DNA from: an uncultured Acidobacteriota bacterium | GTDB taxonomy: Bacteria; Acidobacteriota; Polarisedimenticolia; J045 | Assembly (NCBI GenBank): GCA_963702425.1 | Contig: CAVPCQ010000030.1 | Location: 1 to 64,000, forward strand | Length of the DNA stretch: 64,000 nt | Direction: 5' to 3' | In this document: positions 39,805-49,934 of the stretch, in pieces | How positions within the stretch are numbered: the first letter of the stretch is position 1 | How the letters are laid out: the number at the start of each line of letters is the position of its first letter | Made by a program: the position numbers and the translations under genes | Notes under the pieces: model-generated | Seen by the model: the letters and a program-made list of their open reading frames with translations, nothing else | Database searches by the model: none | What the model was told of the DNA's origin: nothing

Positions 39805-41274
39805 TCAGAGGAGCGTGCCGCGGCCGAGGATCCCGGCCGGGTCGAGCGCGCGCCGGACCGCGCGCATCCGCTCCAGCACCTCCGGCGGGTAGAGCAGCGC
39901 GAGGTCCCCGGCCTTCAGCTTGCCGAGGCCGTGCTCGGCCGAGGTGGTCCCGCCCAGCGCGACCGCGATCGCGACCAGCCGCCCGTAGACCGCGCGCGCG
40001 GTGGCATACTCGCCCGGATCGCGCGCCAGGATGTTGACGTGCAGGTGGTCGTCGCCGATGTGGCCGAAGACCGCGTGCTCCAGCGACTCGCGGGCCAGCT
40101 CCTCGCGGCTGCGGCGCAGCAGCTCGCCGGCCAGCCCGCGCGGGACCGCGGTATCGGTGCTCACCTTCGCGACCCCGCGGCGCGCCAGCTTCTCGTTGAT
40201 CGAGGCCGGCACCTCGTGCCGGAAGTCGCGGAACTTCTGGTGGTCGCGCGCGCCCTCCGCGACCCACGAGTCGTCGCTCGCCCCCGCCACCGTCCCGAGC
40301 GCCAGCCAGGCGTCGAGCGCCGAGGCCTCATCCGGCGCCATCTCGGCCTTGCGCTTCGAGTTCCCGCTGGGTCCCAGGGCCTCCTCCCAGAAGATCGCGG
40401 CACGTGCCGCTGCCGGGAGCGCGACCCCCTTCTCGCGCAGCAGCTCGAGCGCGCTGGCGTCGAAGAACTCGAGCGAGAGCGGGGTGACCGGCGCACCCGG
40501 CGCCCGCGCGCCGTCCACGAACGCCAGCGCCGGGACCTCGCCAGGGAAGAAGAAGATCCCGGCGAGGAACGCCTCGGGCGCGTCGATCAGCCGGAGGTCG
40601 GCCTCGAGCACGACACCGAGCGTCCCCTCCGAGCCGACGAACAGATCGACGAGATCCATCCCCGGCGCGCTGTAGTAGCCCGCCGCGTGCTTGGTGGTGC
40701 GCGGCAGCATCCAGTCCGGAGCCGGCACGACGAGGGGCGGGCCACCGCCGCGCGGGATCGCGAAGCGCCCCCCTTCCGCCCGCACCGCTCCGCGCGGCAG
40801 GTCGAGCAGGCTCCCGTCCGGCAATGCGACGAGCAGCCGCTCGACCCAGCGCCGGGTCGGCCCGAAGCGGAAGGTGCGCGCGCCGGAGGCGTTGGTCGCG
40901 ACCGTGCCGCCGATCGAACAGCCCCACTCGGTCGGGTCGGGCGGGTACCAGAGGCCTTCCCGGCCGGTGGCCTCGAAGACCTCGGACAGCAGCGCGCCCG
41001 CCTGCACTCGGACATGACTCCGGCCGAGTTCGAGGATCCGGTTCAGCCGATCGAGCGCCAGCACGACGCCGCCCTGCGGGACCCGGCCGCCGGCGATGCC
41101 GGTGCCGGCACCCGAAACCGTGACCGGCGTCCTGGAGGCGGCGCACTCCCGCAGGATCTCGGCCGCCTCGCCCGGCGACGCGGGCCAGGCCACCTCCGCC
41201 GCGCAGCCGCCGCTCATGCGGCTCTCGTCGACGAGGTACTTCGCGATGTCGGCTGGATCGCGGCTGCGCTTCAT
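39805..41274 (-). CDS. FAD-binding oxidoreductase (GlcD / D-2-hydroxyacid dehydrogenase family)
   Basis: GAGTGIAGG, YPPDPT, IGGTVATNASG, FVGSEGTLG, FGHIGDDHLHVN and SAEHGLGKLK motifs. Confidence 0.9.
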   Translation of the reverse strand: MKRSRDPADIAKYLVDESRMSGGCAAEVAWPASPGEAAEILRECAASRTPVTVSGAGTGIAGGRVPQGGVVLALDRLNRILELGRSHVRVQAGALLSEVFEATGREGLWYPPDPTEWGCSIGGTVATNASGARTFRFGPTRRWVERLLVALPDGSLLDLPRGAVRAEGGRFAIPRGGGPPLVVPAPDWMLPRTTKHAAGYYSAPGMDLVDLFVGSEGTLGVVLEADLRLIDAPEAFLAGIFFFPGEVPALAFVDGARAPGAPVTPLSLEFFDASALELLREKGVALPAAARAAIFWEEALGPSGNSKRKAEMAPDEASALDAWLALGTVAGASDDSWVAEGARDHQKFRDFRHEVPASINEKLARRGVAKVSTDTAVPRGLAGELLRRSREELARESLEHAVFGHIGDDHLHVNILARDPGEYATARAVYGRLVAIAVALGGTTSAEHGLGKLKAGDLALLYPPEVLERMRAVRRALDPAGILGRGTLL

Positions 41275-41323
41275 GCGGGGGACAGGATACCCAATCCCCT
41301 TGCGCCGGGCGCTGCGCTCGAGG

Positions 41324-41695
41324 CTACTCCTCGTGCGAGGGGTTGTCGCCGACGCGCATGATCGCGTGGTCGACGGCGCGCGAGAGCGATTCGATGATGT
41401 CTTTCGGCGCCCCCTGGTCCACGAGCCGCCGCGCGAAGCTCGAGGCACTGTGGTAGTAGAGCGACGGCACGCGGTTGAGCGCGAGGCAGTACATGTCCTC
41501 GACGCATTGCTGGCACTGGCAGACCTCGGGGCACGACTCCAGCTTCTGCTCGAGGATCCGGCACGCCAGCACCTCGACCGCGTTGCGGATCCGGTCGACG
41601 CGCAGACCGCGCACCGTGCGCATCTCCCACAGCGACGACTCGCGTTCCGAGGTGGCGGTCCCGGCACTGTCCTGCGGCCTGCGATCGGTCTCCAC
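41324..41695 (-). CDS. ComFB-family protein
   Basis: RN..E...C.CQQCVEDMYCLALNRVPSLY...AIMRVGDNPSH pattern. Confidence 0.8.
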   Translation of the reverse strand: METDRRPQDSAGTATSERESSLWEMRTVRGLRVDRIRNAVEVLACRILEQKLESCPEVCQCQQCVEDMYCLALNRVPSLYYHSASSFARRLVDQGAPKDIIESLSRAVDHAIMRVGDNPSHEE

Positions 41696-41781
41696 GTGCC
41701 CCTCCGCGAGCGGGCGGCGCCCCCTCCGGGGGGAAGTTGGTGCCCGGCCGGGGGGGCGTCAAGGGTCGTATCCTCCCGCAC

Positions 41782-43473
41782 ATGCGCGAACCCCGAGGCG
41801 GCTTCCCCTGGAGCGGGGTGGCGGCCGTGCTCCTGGCCGCGGCCGTCGTCGGAGGGCTTTCCCTCGGCCGCCGGGACCTCTGGGCCCCCGACGAGCCCAA
41901 GTACGCGCTGGTCGCGCGGGAGATGATCGAGTCCGGGGAGTGGTTGATCCCCCACGTCAACGGGCGGCCCTACCCCGACAAGCCCCCGCTGATGTTCTGG
42001 GCGATCGCGGCCGCCTCCCCGCTGGCCGGCGGGGTCGGGCAGCCGGCGGCCGTCCTTCCCTCCCTGCTCGCGGCGCTGGCCGTGCTGGCCGGGACGGCCG
42101 CTACCGCCTGGCTGCTCTCCGGCCGGCGCGACCGGGAGGTCCCGGTCGTCGCAGCGGGGTTCCTGGCGGTCGCCTTCACCTTCGTGAGCCTCGCCACCCG
42201 CGGGCAGCTCGACATGCTGCTGACCGCGGGGACGACCTGGGGCTTCTTCCTGCTGCTGCGCGGGACCGGCCTCCACCCGGGGGGCGAGCGCCGGCGCGGC
42301 GACGTGACGCTGGCCTTCGCGCTCTTCGGGCTGGCGACGCTGGCCAAGGGACCGGTCGGGCTGATCGTTCCCGCGGGGGGCCTGCTGCTCGGCGCGTGGA
42401 TCTCCCGGCAGCCGGTGCCGTGGCGCGAGCTCCTGCGCTGGAAGCCGTGGGCGGCGTACGCCGCGGTCGTCCTCGCGTGGCTCGCGCCGGCCGCGCTCCA
42501 CGCGCTCGCCACCGGGCAGGAGGCGTGGCTCTCGAACCTCCTGTTTCGCCAGACGGTCGTCCGGTACGCCGATTCGTGGCACCACGAGCAGCCGGTCTGG
42601 TACTTCCTGCTCGTGCCCTGGTACGACTTCCTGCCGACGATCCTGCTGCTTCCCGCCGCGCTGCTGGGCCGCTTCGGGCCGGAGTCCGGCGCGGCCCGGC
42701 CGCGGCCCTTCACCGCGCTCCTGGCGGGCGCGTGCCTGTTCGCGGTTCTCTTCTTCTCGATCCCGGCCGGCAAGCGCGGGATCTACCTCGCGCCGGCCTA
42801 CCCCTGGGCCGCGACCTGGTTCGCGATCGACTTCCTGACGCGGGCCCGGGCCGGGGGGCGTGCGCTCGGCCCGGTACGGGCCGCGTTCGGCGTGCTGGCC
42901 GGGCTGGGGCTGGGGCTGGCCGTCGCCGCCGAGCTGCACCTGACCGCGGAACTCCCGGCGCGCGGGGTCGATCTGCCCGATCACGCGCTGGCGCTCCTCG
43001 GCGGGTTGATCGGGCTCGCCTCCCTCGCGCTCGCGCTGCGCCCCGCGTCGCGCCGCACGCTCGCCGCCGCCGGGCTGGCGTGGGCGGTCTTCTACGGCGG
43101 CGTGGCGGTCGTCGTGCTTCCGGCGCTCGACGCGCGCAATTCGGTCGCGCCCTTCGTGCGCGCCGCGCACGCGGTGCTGGTCGACGGCGCGCGCGGCGGG
43201 ATGGTCGACTGGCGCGCGCAGTACTCCTTCCACGCCGGGCCGCTCGACGAGGCGCAGCGCGGCAGTCGTGCGGAGCTCGCGGCGCTGGCCGCGCAGCTCG
43301 CGGGAGACGCCCCGTATTTCGTCATCGCGAGCGAAGAGGACGCCGAGCGGCTGCTCCGCCAGGTGGCAGGCGAAGCGCCGATGGTGGCGCTGCGCGGCAC
43401 GGTGGGCAGCGAGGCGATGCTGGTGCTGGCGAACCGGGCCGCCCTGCACGCCGGCCCGACGGACGAGCCGTAG
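41782..43473 (+). CDS. ArnT-like GT39 membrane glycosyltransferase
   Basis: WAPDEPKYALVAREM, YPDKPPLMFW, LAKGPVG, HHEQPVWYFL and KRGIYLAPAYP motifs. Confidence 0.88.
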   Translation: MREPRGGFPWSGVAAVLLAAAVVGGLSLGRRDLWAPDEPKYALVAREMIESGEWLIPHVNGRPYPDKPPLMFWAIAAASPLAGGVGQPAAVLPSLLAALAVLAGTAATAWLLSGRRDREVPVVAAGFLAVAFTFVSLATRGQLDMLLTAGTTWGFFLLLRGTGLHPGGERRRGDVTLAFALFGLATLAKGPVGLIVPAGGLLLGAWISRQPVPWRELLRWKPWAAYAAVVLAWLAPAALHALATGQEAWLSNLLFRQTVVRYADSWHHEQPVWYFLLVPWYDFLPTILLLPAALLGRFGPESGAARPRPFTALLAGACLFAVLFFSIPAGKRGIYLAPAYPWAATWFAIDFLTRARAGGRALGPVRAAFGVLAGLGLGLAVAAELHLTAELPARGVDLPDHALALLGGLIGLASLALALRPASRRTLAAAGLAWAVFYGGVAVVVLPALDARNSVAPFVRAAHAVLVDGARGGMVDWRAQYSFHAGPLDEAQRGSRAELAALAAQLAGDAPYFVIASEEDAERLLRQVAGEAPMVALRGTVGSEAMLVLANRAALHAGPTDEP

Positions 43474-43528
43474 GCTGCAGACTCCGCCGCTCGCGGACAG
43501 CGGCGGGGCGCACCGGTAGAATGGCAAA

Positions 43529-44464
43529 GTGAGCCGGAGAGCGAAGCGCCTCGTCTCGTCGCGCGCCCCGCGCGACCCGCTGCAGGTCAACCTGCGGCGG
43601 GTGGTGCGGCTCATCCTGCTGCTCGTGATCGTCCCGACCGTGGTCCTGACCGGGATCGGGATCGGCGTCATGTTCGCGCGCAAGGACGTGCCGCAGCTCG
43701 TGCTCGGGCTGCTCGTCTCGAGCTTCGCGGCCTCGGTCATCGCCGGCGCCGTGCTGCTGCTGGTGCTCACCGGGCGCGGCGCGCGGCTGGCGCGGGTGCA
43801 GGAGACGTTCCTGTCGCAGATGGGCCACGAGCTGATGACGCCGCTCGCCGGCATCGGCCTGCACACCCAGATCCTGTCCGGCATGGAGCTGCCGGAGGAC
43901 GCCGAGCGCTCGATCGCGGCGATCGACCACGAGCGCCGGCGGCTGCAGGAACTGGTCGAGCGCACCCTGCAGTGGCGGCAGGTACGCTCGCGCAAGCACC
44001 TCTACAAGCGGCAGCGCACCGACGCCGCGGAGGTCGTCGAGCAGGCGCTGGCGCGCTCCCCCGACCGCGATCGGATCGTCGTGCGCGCGCCCGCCGCCGG
44101 GCTGACGATCAGCGGCGACCCGGAAGCGCTCGCCGACGCGCTGGGCAACTTCCTGCGCAATGCCGCCAAGTACGGTGGCGACGGCCAGCCGATCGAGCTC
44201 ACCGCGCGGCGCTGGGGTCGCCTCGCGGTCTTCTCGGTCTCGGACCACGGACCGGGGCTTCCCCCCGGGCCGAGCGCTCACCTCTTCGAGCCGTTCTACC
44301 GGCACGTGCCCGAAGGACGCCCCGACCCGGGCGGCACCGGGCTGGGTCTCTCGATCACGCGCCAGATCGTGGAGGACCACGGCGGGCGGGTCGCCGCCTG
44401 CGCGCGGCCCGGCGGCGGGGCGTGTTTCTTCTTCACGATCCCCCTGGGAGCGGACCGCGGATGA
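43529..44464 (+). CDS. Sensor histidine kinase
   Basis: Two TM helices; H-box MGHELMTPL; NFLRNAAKY, DHGPG, FEPFY and GTGLGL motifs. Confidence 0.92.
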   Translation: MSRRAKRLVSSRAPRDPLQVNLRRVVRLILLLVIVPTVVLTGIGIGVMFARKDVPQLVLGLLVSSFAASVIAGAVLLLVLTGRGARLARVQETFLSQMGHELMTPLAGIGLHTQILSGMELPEDAERSIAAIDHERRRLQELVERTLQWRQVRSRKHLYKRQRTDAAEVVEQALARSPDRDRIVVRAPAAGLTISGDPEALADALGNFLRNAAKYGGDGQPIELTARRWGRLAVFSVSDHGPGLPPGPSAHLFEPFYRHVPEGRPDPGGTGLGLSITRQIVEDHGGRVAACARPGGGACFFFTIPLGADRG

Positions 44465-45144
44465 GCGGCGGCACGAGGATCCTCGTCGTCGAGGACGACG
44501 CCACGCTGCGCGAGGGCCTGCGCACCGTGCTGACCAAGGCGGGCTACACGGTGACCACCGCGATCCGCGGCGAGTCGGCGCTGAAACTGATCCGCGAGGA
44601 GCCCTTCGACCTCGTGATCCTCGACCTGATGCTCCCCGGGCTCGACGGCAGCTACGTGCTGGAGCGCGCCCGGGAAGAGGGGTTCACCGCGCCGGTGATC
44701 ATCCTCTCGGCGCGCTCTTCGGTGGAGGACCGGATCCGCGGCCTGCGCACCGGCGCCGACGACTACGTCGTCAAGCCGTTCGACCTGGGCGAGCTGCTGG
44801 CCCGGATCGCGGTGCGGCTGCGCCGGCCCGAGCGGGACGAGTCGGTGCGGTTCGGCGAGATCGCGGTCGATCGGGAGGCCCGGGTGGTGACTCGGCGCGG
44901 CGACGTGGTGCACCTCACCCCGAAGGAGTTCGACCTGCTGCTGTTCTTCATCGAGAACGCGGACCGCGCGCTCGGCCGCGGGCGGATCCTGGAGGACGTC
45001 TGGGGCACCGACTACCGCGGCACCCGTCGCACCGTGGACAACTTCGTCCGCGCCCTGCGGATCAAGCTCGAGGATCTGCCGGATGCGCCGCGCTACATCC
45101 AGACGGTGCGCGCGCGCGGCTACCGCTTCGTGCCGCGCGGCTGA
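44461..45144 (+). CDS. OmpR/PhoB-family response regulator
   Basis: ILVVEDD, LDLMLPG, GADDYVVKPF, LTPKEFDLL, RTVDNFV and TVRARGYRF motifs. The ATG overlaps the kinase stop. Confidence 0.95.
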   Translation: MSGGTRILVVEDDATLREGLRTVLTKAGYTVTTAIRGESALKLIREEPFDLVILDLMLPGLDGSYVLERAREEGFTAPVIILSARSSVEDRIRGLRTGADDYVVKPFDLGELLARIAVRLRRPERDESVRFGEIAVDREARVVTRRGDVVHLTPKEFDLLLFFIENADRALGRGRILEDVWGTDYRGTRRTVDNFVRALRIKLEDLPDAPRYIQTVRARGYRFVPRG

Positions 45145-45151
45145 CGGGGAC

Positions 45152-48100
45152 CTACGGGTCCGGGGTGGTTGTTCCCGTCAGCGAGCCGGCGGTCAGGCTC
45201 TCGAAGCGGACGGGACTCGACTTCTCGTTGCTGATGACGGCACGTCCGGGGGTGAGGATCCGCGGCAACGCGTCCCACGCCGGCTGGCCGCTCGCGCCGT
45301 CGTCGAGGAAGGTCGTCTTGAGCTCCCACGCACTGCCGTTCCAGACGTAGACCGACAGGCGGACCGCGCTGCCCTCGGTTCTCGCCTCGCAGCGCACCCG
45401 CCACGGCGCCGGCCCGAGGTCACCCGACCAGCCACCGACGCCGCTCGCCCTCGCGCCGTTCACGTACTTGTTGAAGCGGATCGTGTCGTTCGCGACCAGG
45501 CGCTCGACCTTGCAGCGGTACGAGCTGTGCGTCGCGCCGGTCCCCGACGAGCGCACGCCCCACGAGAAATCGAAGTTCTGGTCGGTGGGGGTGGCCGGCC
45601 TGAGCGTCGCGACGGCGAACGAATCCGCCGCCGCGGTCTCGAGCGCGGTCTGGGCGCGGGCCGAGGCGTTGCCGGTGGGGTGCACCGCCGCCTCGCGCTG
45701 CACGCGGAAGTACTCGTTGCCGGTCGTCGTCGGCTCGGCCAGCGCGGGGGGCCAGAAACTGCCGCCACGATCGAGATTGTCGGGACGGTTGCTCGAGATG
45801 TCCGGGCCGTTGAAGCTGTCGGCGAACTCGATCGTGCCGGGGGTCGCGCCGGATGAGCCGTCGTCTGCGGGCAGCGGGACGGCCGCAAAAGGCCGGGACG
45901 GCGATTCCGGCGACCAGCCCGACGCGTCCCGGTGGGCGACGCGCGCGTAGAGCGTTCCGCCGGTCCGCGGCGCGGCATAAAGCGCGCGCACTTCGGCCAG
46001 CGGCGGCACCGTCGTCGTGACGTCGAAGATGACGTTGGCATCGAACGCGGCGCCGTCGGCGGTCGAGATCCGCCAGCGGCTCGAGAGGTGCGTGACCGTC
46101 CCTTCGTACGGCGTCCCGACCAGCCAGACCCCGAACGCCTGCGCGTCCTTGGCGGAGGCGATCGCCGGCACGCCGTCGCGCTCGCAGGCGTCGCCGGTCC
46201 CGTCCAGGTCGGCGTCGGCCTGGCCGGGGTTGGCGGCGTCGGGGCAGTTGTCCCCGCCGTTCGCGACGTCGTCGCCGTCGCGGTCGGCGTCGCAGGCGTT
46301 CCCCGTGTCGTCGCCGTCGAGATCGGCCTGCGCGGCATTGACCAGGTCCGGGCAGTTGTCGTCGACGTTGGCGACGCCGTCGCCGTCGCGGTCGGGGTCG
46401 CACGGGTCGCCGGTGCCGTCGGAATCCATGTCCTGCTGACCGGGGTTGAAGACGAGCGGGCAGTTGTCGGAGAGATCGGGTCGTCCGTCGCCGTCCTTGT
46501 CCGGATCGCAGAGATCGCCGGTGCCGTCGGCATCGAGGTCTTCCTGGCCCGGGTTCGCGTTGGCGGGGCAGTTGTCGCAGACGTTCGGGATTCCGTCGCC
46601 GTCGCCGTCGGGGCCGGCACAGTCGCAGGCGTCGCCGGTCCCGTCGCCGTCGGCGTCGGCCTGGCCGGGGTTGGAGATGTCCGGGCAGTTGTCGAGCAGG
46701 TCGGCGACGCCGTCGCCGTCGCCGTCCGGGCAGCCGTCGCTGAGCGGCCGCGGGGCGCCACTCGACGCGCTCCCGGTCCCGCTCTCGCCGAAGCAGTTGT
46801 CGGCCGTGACGAGGTAGTAGAAGAGCGCCCCGGGCGCGGGGCGCGCGGAGTCGGCCGCCTCGGGCGCCGCGAGGTCGCGGCGGAAGCAGGTGTGCCGGTA
46901 GCCGAACGGCTCGCCTGCCGCGATCCGTCCCTTGTAGAGCTGGTAGCGCTCGGCGTCGGCGCGCGGCGGCCAGGCGATCGTCGCGCGGTCCGCGCCGAGC
47001 TGCAGGCCGGCGCCGATCTCGCGGGCCCGCTCGTACACGCCGCCGGCGAGCGGCGCGCAGTCGCAGGCGTCACCGAGCGGGTCCCCGTCCTGGTTCTGCT
47101 GGCCGGCGTTGGGCGTGATCGGGCAGTTGTCGGCGTTGGCGCCGAGCCCGTCGCGATCGATGTCGTTGGCGGGGTCGAGCGGGAAGGCGTCGCACGGGTC
47201 GCCCGCACCGTCGGCGTCGCTGTCGGACTGGCCGGCGTTGGCCAGGAGCGGGCAGTTGTCGGACGAGGTGCAGATCCCGTCGGCATCGGCGTCGTTCGGC
47301 GCGTCGTCGGGGCAGGCGTCGCAGAGGTCGCCGATCGCGTCGCGGTCGCGGTCCGGCTGCGCGGGATCGCTCACCGCCGGGCAGACGTCCAGCAGGTCGG
47401 CGATCCCGTCGGCATCGGTGTCGGCGCAGCCGTCGGGCCCCGGGCGCGTCGCGCCGGTCGAGTTCGGGCCCAGGTCCGACTCGCCGAAGCAGTTGCCCGC
47501 CGCGGCGAGGTAGTAGAAGACCTCGCCCGGCACCGGCAGGCGCTCGTCGCTGGCCTGCGGCGCCGCGAGGTCGCGCGCGAAGCAGGTGTGTCGGTACGAG
47601 AACGGCTGGCCCGGCGGGATCCGTCCCTTGTAGAGCGCGTAGCCCGCGGCCCCGGCCGTGGCCGGCCAGGCGAGCGTCGCGCGGTCGGCGCCCACGACGA
47701 GCCCTTCCGCGACCGCGGCGGGCGGCGCGAAGATCGCCGGGTCGGCCGGCGCGCAGTCGCAGGCGTCGCCGGGCGGGTCGCCGTCGCCGTTGGCCTGGTC
47801 CGCGTTCGGCACGCCGACGCAGTTGTCGCAGGCGTCGCCGTCCCCGTCCGCATCCGCGTCGGCCTGGTCGGCGTTCGCGACCGCCGGGCAGTTGTCGGCG
47901 TCGGCGCAGCGGCCGTCGGCGTCGGCGTCGTTCGCCGCGTCCAGCGGGCAGACGTCGCAGGCGTCGCCGAGCCCGTCGCGGTCGCCGTCGAGCTGCGTCG
48001 GATTCGCGACCGCCGGGCAGTTGTCGGCGTCGGCGCACAGCCCGTCGGCGTCGGCGTCGTTCGCCGCGTCCAGCGGGCAGGGGTCGCAGCGATCCCCGCT

Positions 48101-49816
48101 CCCGTCCGCATCCGCGTCGGCCTGGTCGGCGTTCGCGACCGCCGGGCAGTTGTCGACCTCGGCGCAGCGGCCGTCGGTGTCCGCGTCGTTCGCCGCGTCC
48201 TGCGGGCAGGCGTCGCAGAGATCCCCGCTCCCGTCCGCATCCGCGTCGGCCTGGTCGGCGTTCGCGACCGCCGGGCAGTTGTCGACCTCGGCGCAGCGGC
48301 CGTCGGTATCCGCGTCGTTCGCCGCGTCCTGCGGGCAGGCGTCGCAGAGATCCCCGCTCCCGTCCGCATCCGCGTCGGCCTGGTCGGCGTTCGCGGCCGC
48401 CGGGCAGTTGTCTGCGTCGGCGCAGCGGCCGTCGGCGTCGGCGTCGTTCGCCGCGTCCTGCGGACAGGCGTCGCAGGGGTCGCCGAGCCCGTCGCGGTCG
48501 CCGTCGAGCTGCGTCGGATTCGCGACCGACGGGCAGTTGTCGGCGTCGGCGCACAGCCCGTCGGCGTCGGCGTCGTTCGCCGCGTCCAGCGGGCAGGCGT
48601 CGCACGGGTCGCCGGCACCGTCCGCGTCGCGGTCCTCCTGCCCGGCATTCGGGAGCAGCGGGCAGTTGTCGCTGGAGGTGCAGACCCCGTCGGCGTCGAG
48701 GTCGTTCGGCGCGTCGTCGGGGCAGGCGTCGCAGAGGTCGCCGATCGCGTCGCGGTCGCGGTCCGACTGCTCCGGGTCGCTGGTCGCGGGACAGACATCG
48801 AGCAGGTCGGCGAGCCCGTCGCCATCGGCGTCTGGGCAGCCATCGGGCCCCGGCCGAACCGCCCCCGCCGCGTCAAGGCCGAGATCCGACTCGCCGAAGC
48901 AATTCGCCGCAGCGGCCAGGTAGTAGACGACCTCCCCCGGGACCGGGAGCCGCTCGTCGCGTGCCTCCGGCGCGGCGAGGTCGAGCGCGAAGCAGGTGTG
49001 ACGGTAGGAGAACGGCTCGCCGGGCGGGATCCGGCCCTTGTAGAGCGCGTACGAGCGGGCGTCCGGCGCGCCGGGCCAGGCGATCGTCACGCGGTCGTCC
49101 TGGACCACGAGTCCCGACCCGACCGGCGCGGGGCGCGCGAAGATCGTGCCGTCGGCGGGCGCGCAGTCGCAGGCGTCGCCGGCAGGATCGCCGTCGCCGT
49201 TCGCCTGATCCGGGTTGGGCAGGCCGAGGCAGTTGTCCACACCGTCCAGGACGCCGTCCCCGTCGAGGTCGTCCTCCGGGCCGTCCGTCCCGGCCGCTCC
49301 GGCCGTCGCGGCCGTCGCGGCCGCCGGCGCATCGCACGCGTCGCCCGTGCCGTCGAAGTCCGCATCGTCCTGCCACGCGTTGAAGAGGTCGCCGCAGTTG
49401 TCGACGAGATCGGAGACGCCGTCCCCGTCGCGGTCGGCGCAGGCATCGAGCAGGCCCGGCGCGGGCAAGCCCGCGACGCCGACGAGGTAGTAGTAGAGCT
49501 CGCCGCGCCCCGGGTGCGCCGGATCGCGCGACACGACCGATCGCGTCGTCTCGTGGCAGGTCAGCGCGAGCGAGAACGGCTCGCCGGCCCGGGTGCGCCC
49601 CTTGTAGACCGCATACGCCGTCGCCCCGTCGGCCGGGGTCCAGGTGATCGTCTGCCGGTCGAGCTCGAAGGCGACGCCGCGGACCTCCGGGGCCGCCGCG
49701 ACGCCCGCGACGCCCGCGACGCCCGCGACACCCGCGGCGCCGGCCGAGGCGCAGGCCAGCGCGAGCAGGGCGAGGCCGGTCCAGCGCAGCGCAGGACGCA
49801 CCTCGAGCCGCCGCAC
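45152..49816 (-). CDS. Very large secreted thrombospondin type-3 (Ca-binding) repeat protein with four FnIII-like modules
   Basis: Signal peptide; dozens of DxDxDGxGDxCD/DNCPxxxNxxQ repeats; beta-rich C-terminal domain. Start approximate. Confidence 0.85.
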   Translation of the reverse strand: MRRLEVRPALRWTGLALLALACASAGAAGVAGVAGVAGVAAAPEVRGVAFELDRQTITWTPADGATAYAVYKGRTRAGEPFSLALTCHETTRSVVSRDPAHPGRGELYYYLVGVAGLPAPGLLDACADRDGDGVSDLVDNCGDLFNAWQDDADFDGTGDACDAPAAATAATAGAAGTDGPEDDLDGDGVLDGVDNCLGLPNPDQANGDGDPAGDACDCAPADGTIFARPAPVGSGLVVQDDRVTIAWPGAPDARSYALYKGRIPPGEPFSYRHTCFALDLAAPEARDERLPVPGEVVYYLAAAANCFGESDLGLDAAGAVRPGPDGCPDADGDGLADLLDVCPATSDPEQSDRDRDAIGDLCDACPDDAPNDLDADGVCTSSDNCPLLPNAGQEDRDADGAGDPCDACPLDAANDADADGLCADADNCPSVANPTQLDGDRDGLGDPCDACPQDAANDADADGRCADADNCPAAANADQADADADGSGDLCDACPQDAANDADTDGRCAEVDNCPAVANADQADADADGSGDLCDACPQDAANDADTDGRCAEVDNCPAVANADQADADADGSGDRCDPCPLDAANDADADGLCADADNCPAVANPTQLDGDRDGLGDACDVCPLDAANDADADGRCADADNCPAVANADQADADADGDGDACDNCVGVPNADQANGDGDPPGDACDCAPADPAIFAPPAAVAEGLVVGADRATLAWPATAGAAGYALYKGRIPPGQPFSYRHTCFARDLAAPQASDERLPVPGEVFYYLAAAGNCFGESDLGPNSTGATRPGPDGCADTDADGIADLLDVCPAVSDPAQPDRDRDAIGDLCDACPDDAPNDADADGICTSSDNCPLLANAGQSDSDADGAGDPCDAFPLDPANDIDRDGLGANADNCPITPNAGQQNQDGDPLGDACDCAPLAGGVYERAREIGAGLQLGADRATIAWPPRADAERYQLYKGRIAAGEPFGYRHTCFRRDLAAPEAADSARPAPGALFYYLVTADNCFGESGTGSASSGAPRPLSDGCPDGDGDGVADLLDNCPDISNPGQADADGDGTGDACDCAGPDGDGDGIPNVCDNCPANANPGQEDLDADGTGDLCDPDKDGDGRPDLSDNCPLVFNPGQQDMDSDGTGDPCDPDRDGDGVANVDDNCPDLVNAAQADLDGDDTGNACDADRDGDDVANGGDNCPDAANPGQADADLDGTGDACERDGVPAIASAKDAQAFGVWLVGTPYEGTVTHLSSRWRISTADGAAFDANVIFDVTTTVPPLAEVRALYAAPRTGGTLYARVAHRDASGWSPESPSRPFAAVPLPADDGSSGATPGTIEFADSFNGPDISSNRPDNLDRGGSFWPPALAEPTTTGNEYFRVQREAAVHPTGNASARAQTALETAAADSFAVATLRPATPTDQNFDFSWGVRSSGTGATHSSYRCKVERLVANDTIRFNKYVNGARASGVGGWSGDLGPAPWRVRCEARTEGSAVRLSVYVWNGSAWELKTTFLDDGASGQPAWDALPRILTPGRAVISNEKSSPVRFESLTAGSLTGTTTPDP
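47830..48740. repeat. Intragenic tandem repeat, 129-bp (43-aa) unit
   Basis: GATCCCCGCTCCCGTCCGCATCC recurs at 48091, 48220 and 48349; the central units are nearly identical. Confidence 0.85.
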
Positions 49817-49934
49817 GGGCGGCCGATCACCACGCCGAGAACCCCTCACGGCGCGGAAGGTACGGGCGCGACCCCGGGGGAACAACGGAAAGCGACCCCG
49901 GGGACGCGATCTCCGGACGCAGGACGGGGGTGGT

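Noticed and set aside
47830-48740. Tandem repeats as CRISPR or satellite DNA
   Set aside because: They are in-frame 43-aa thrombospondin type-3 repeats with no unique spacers.
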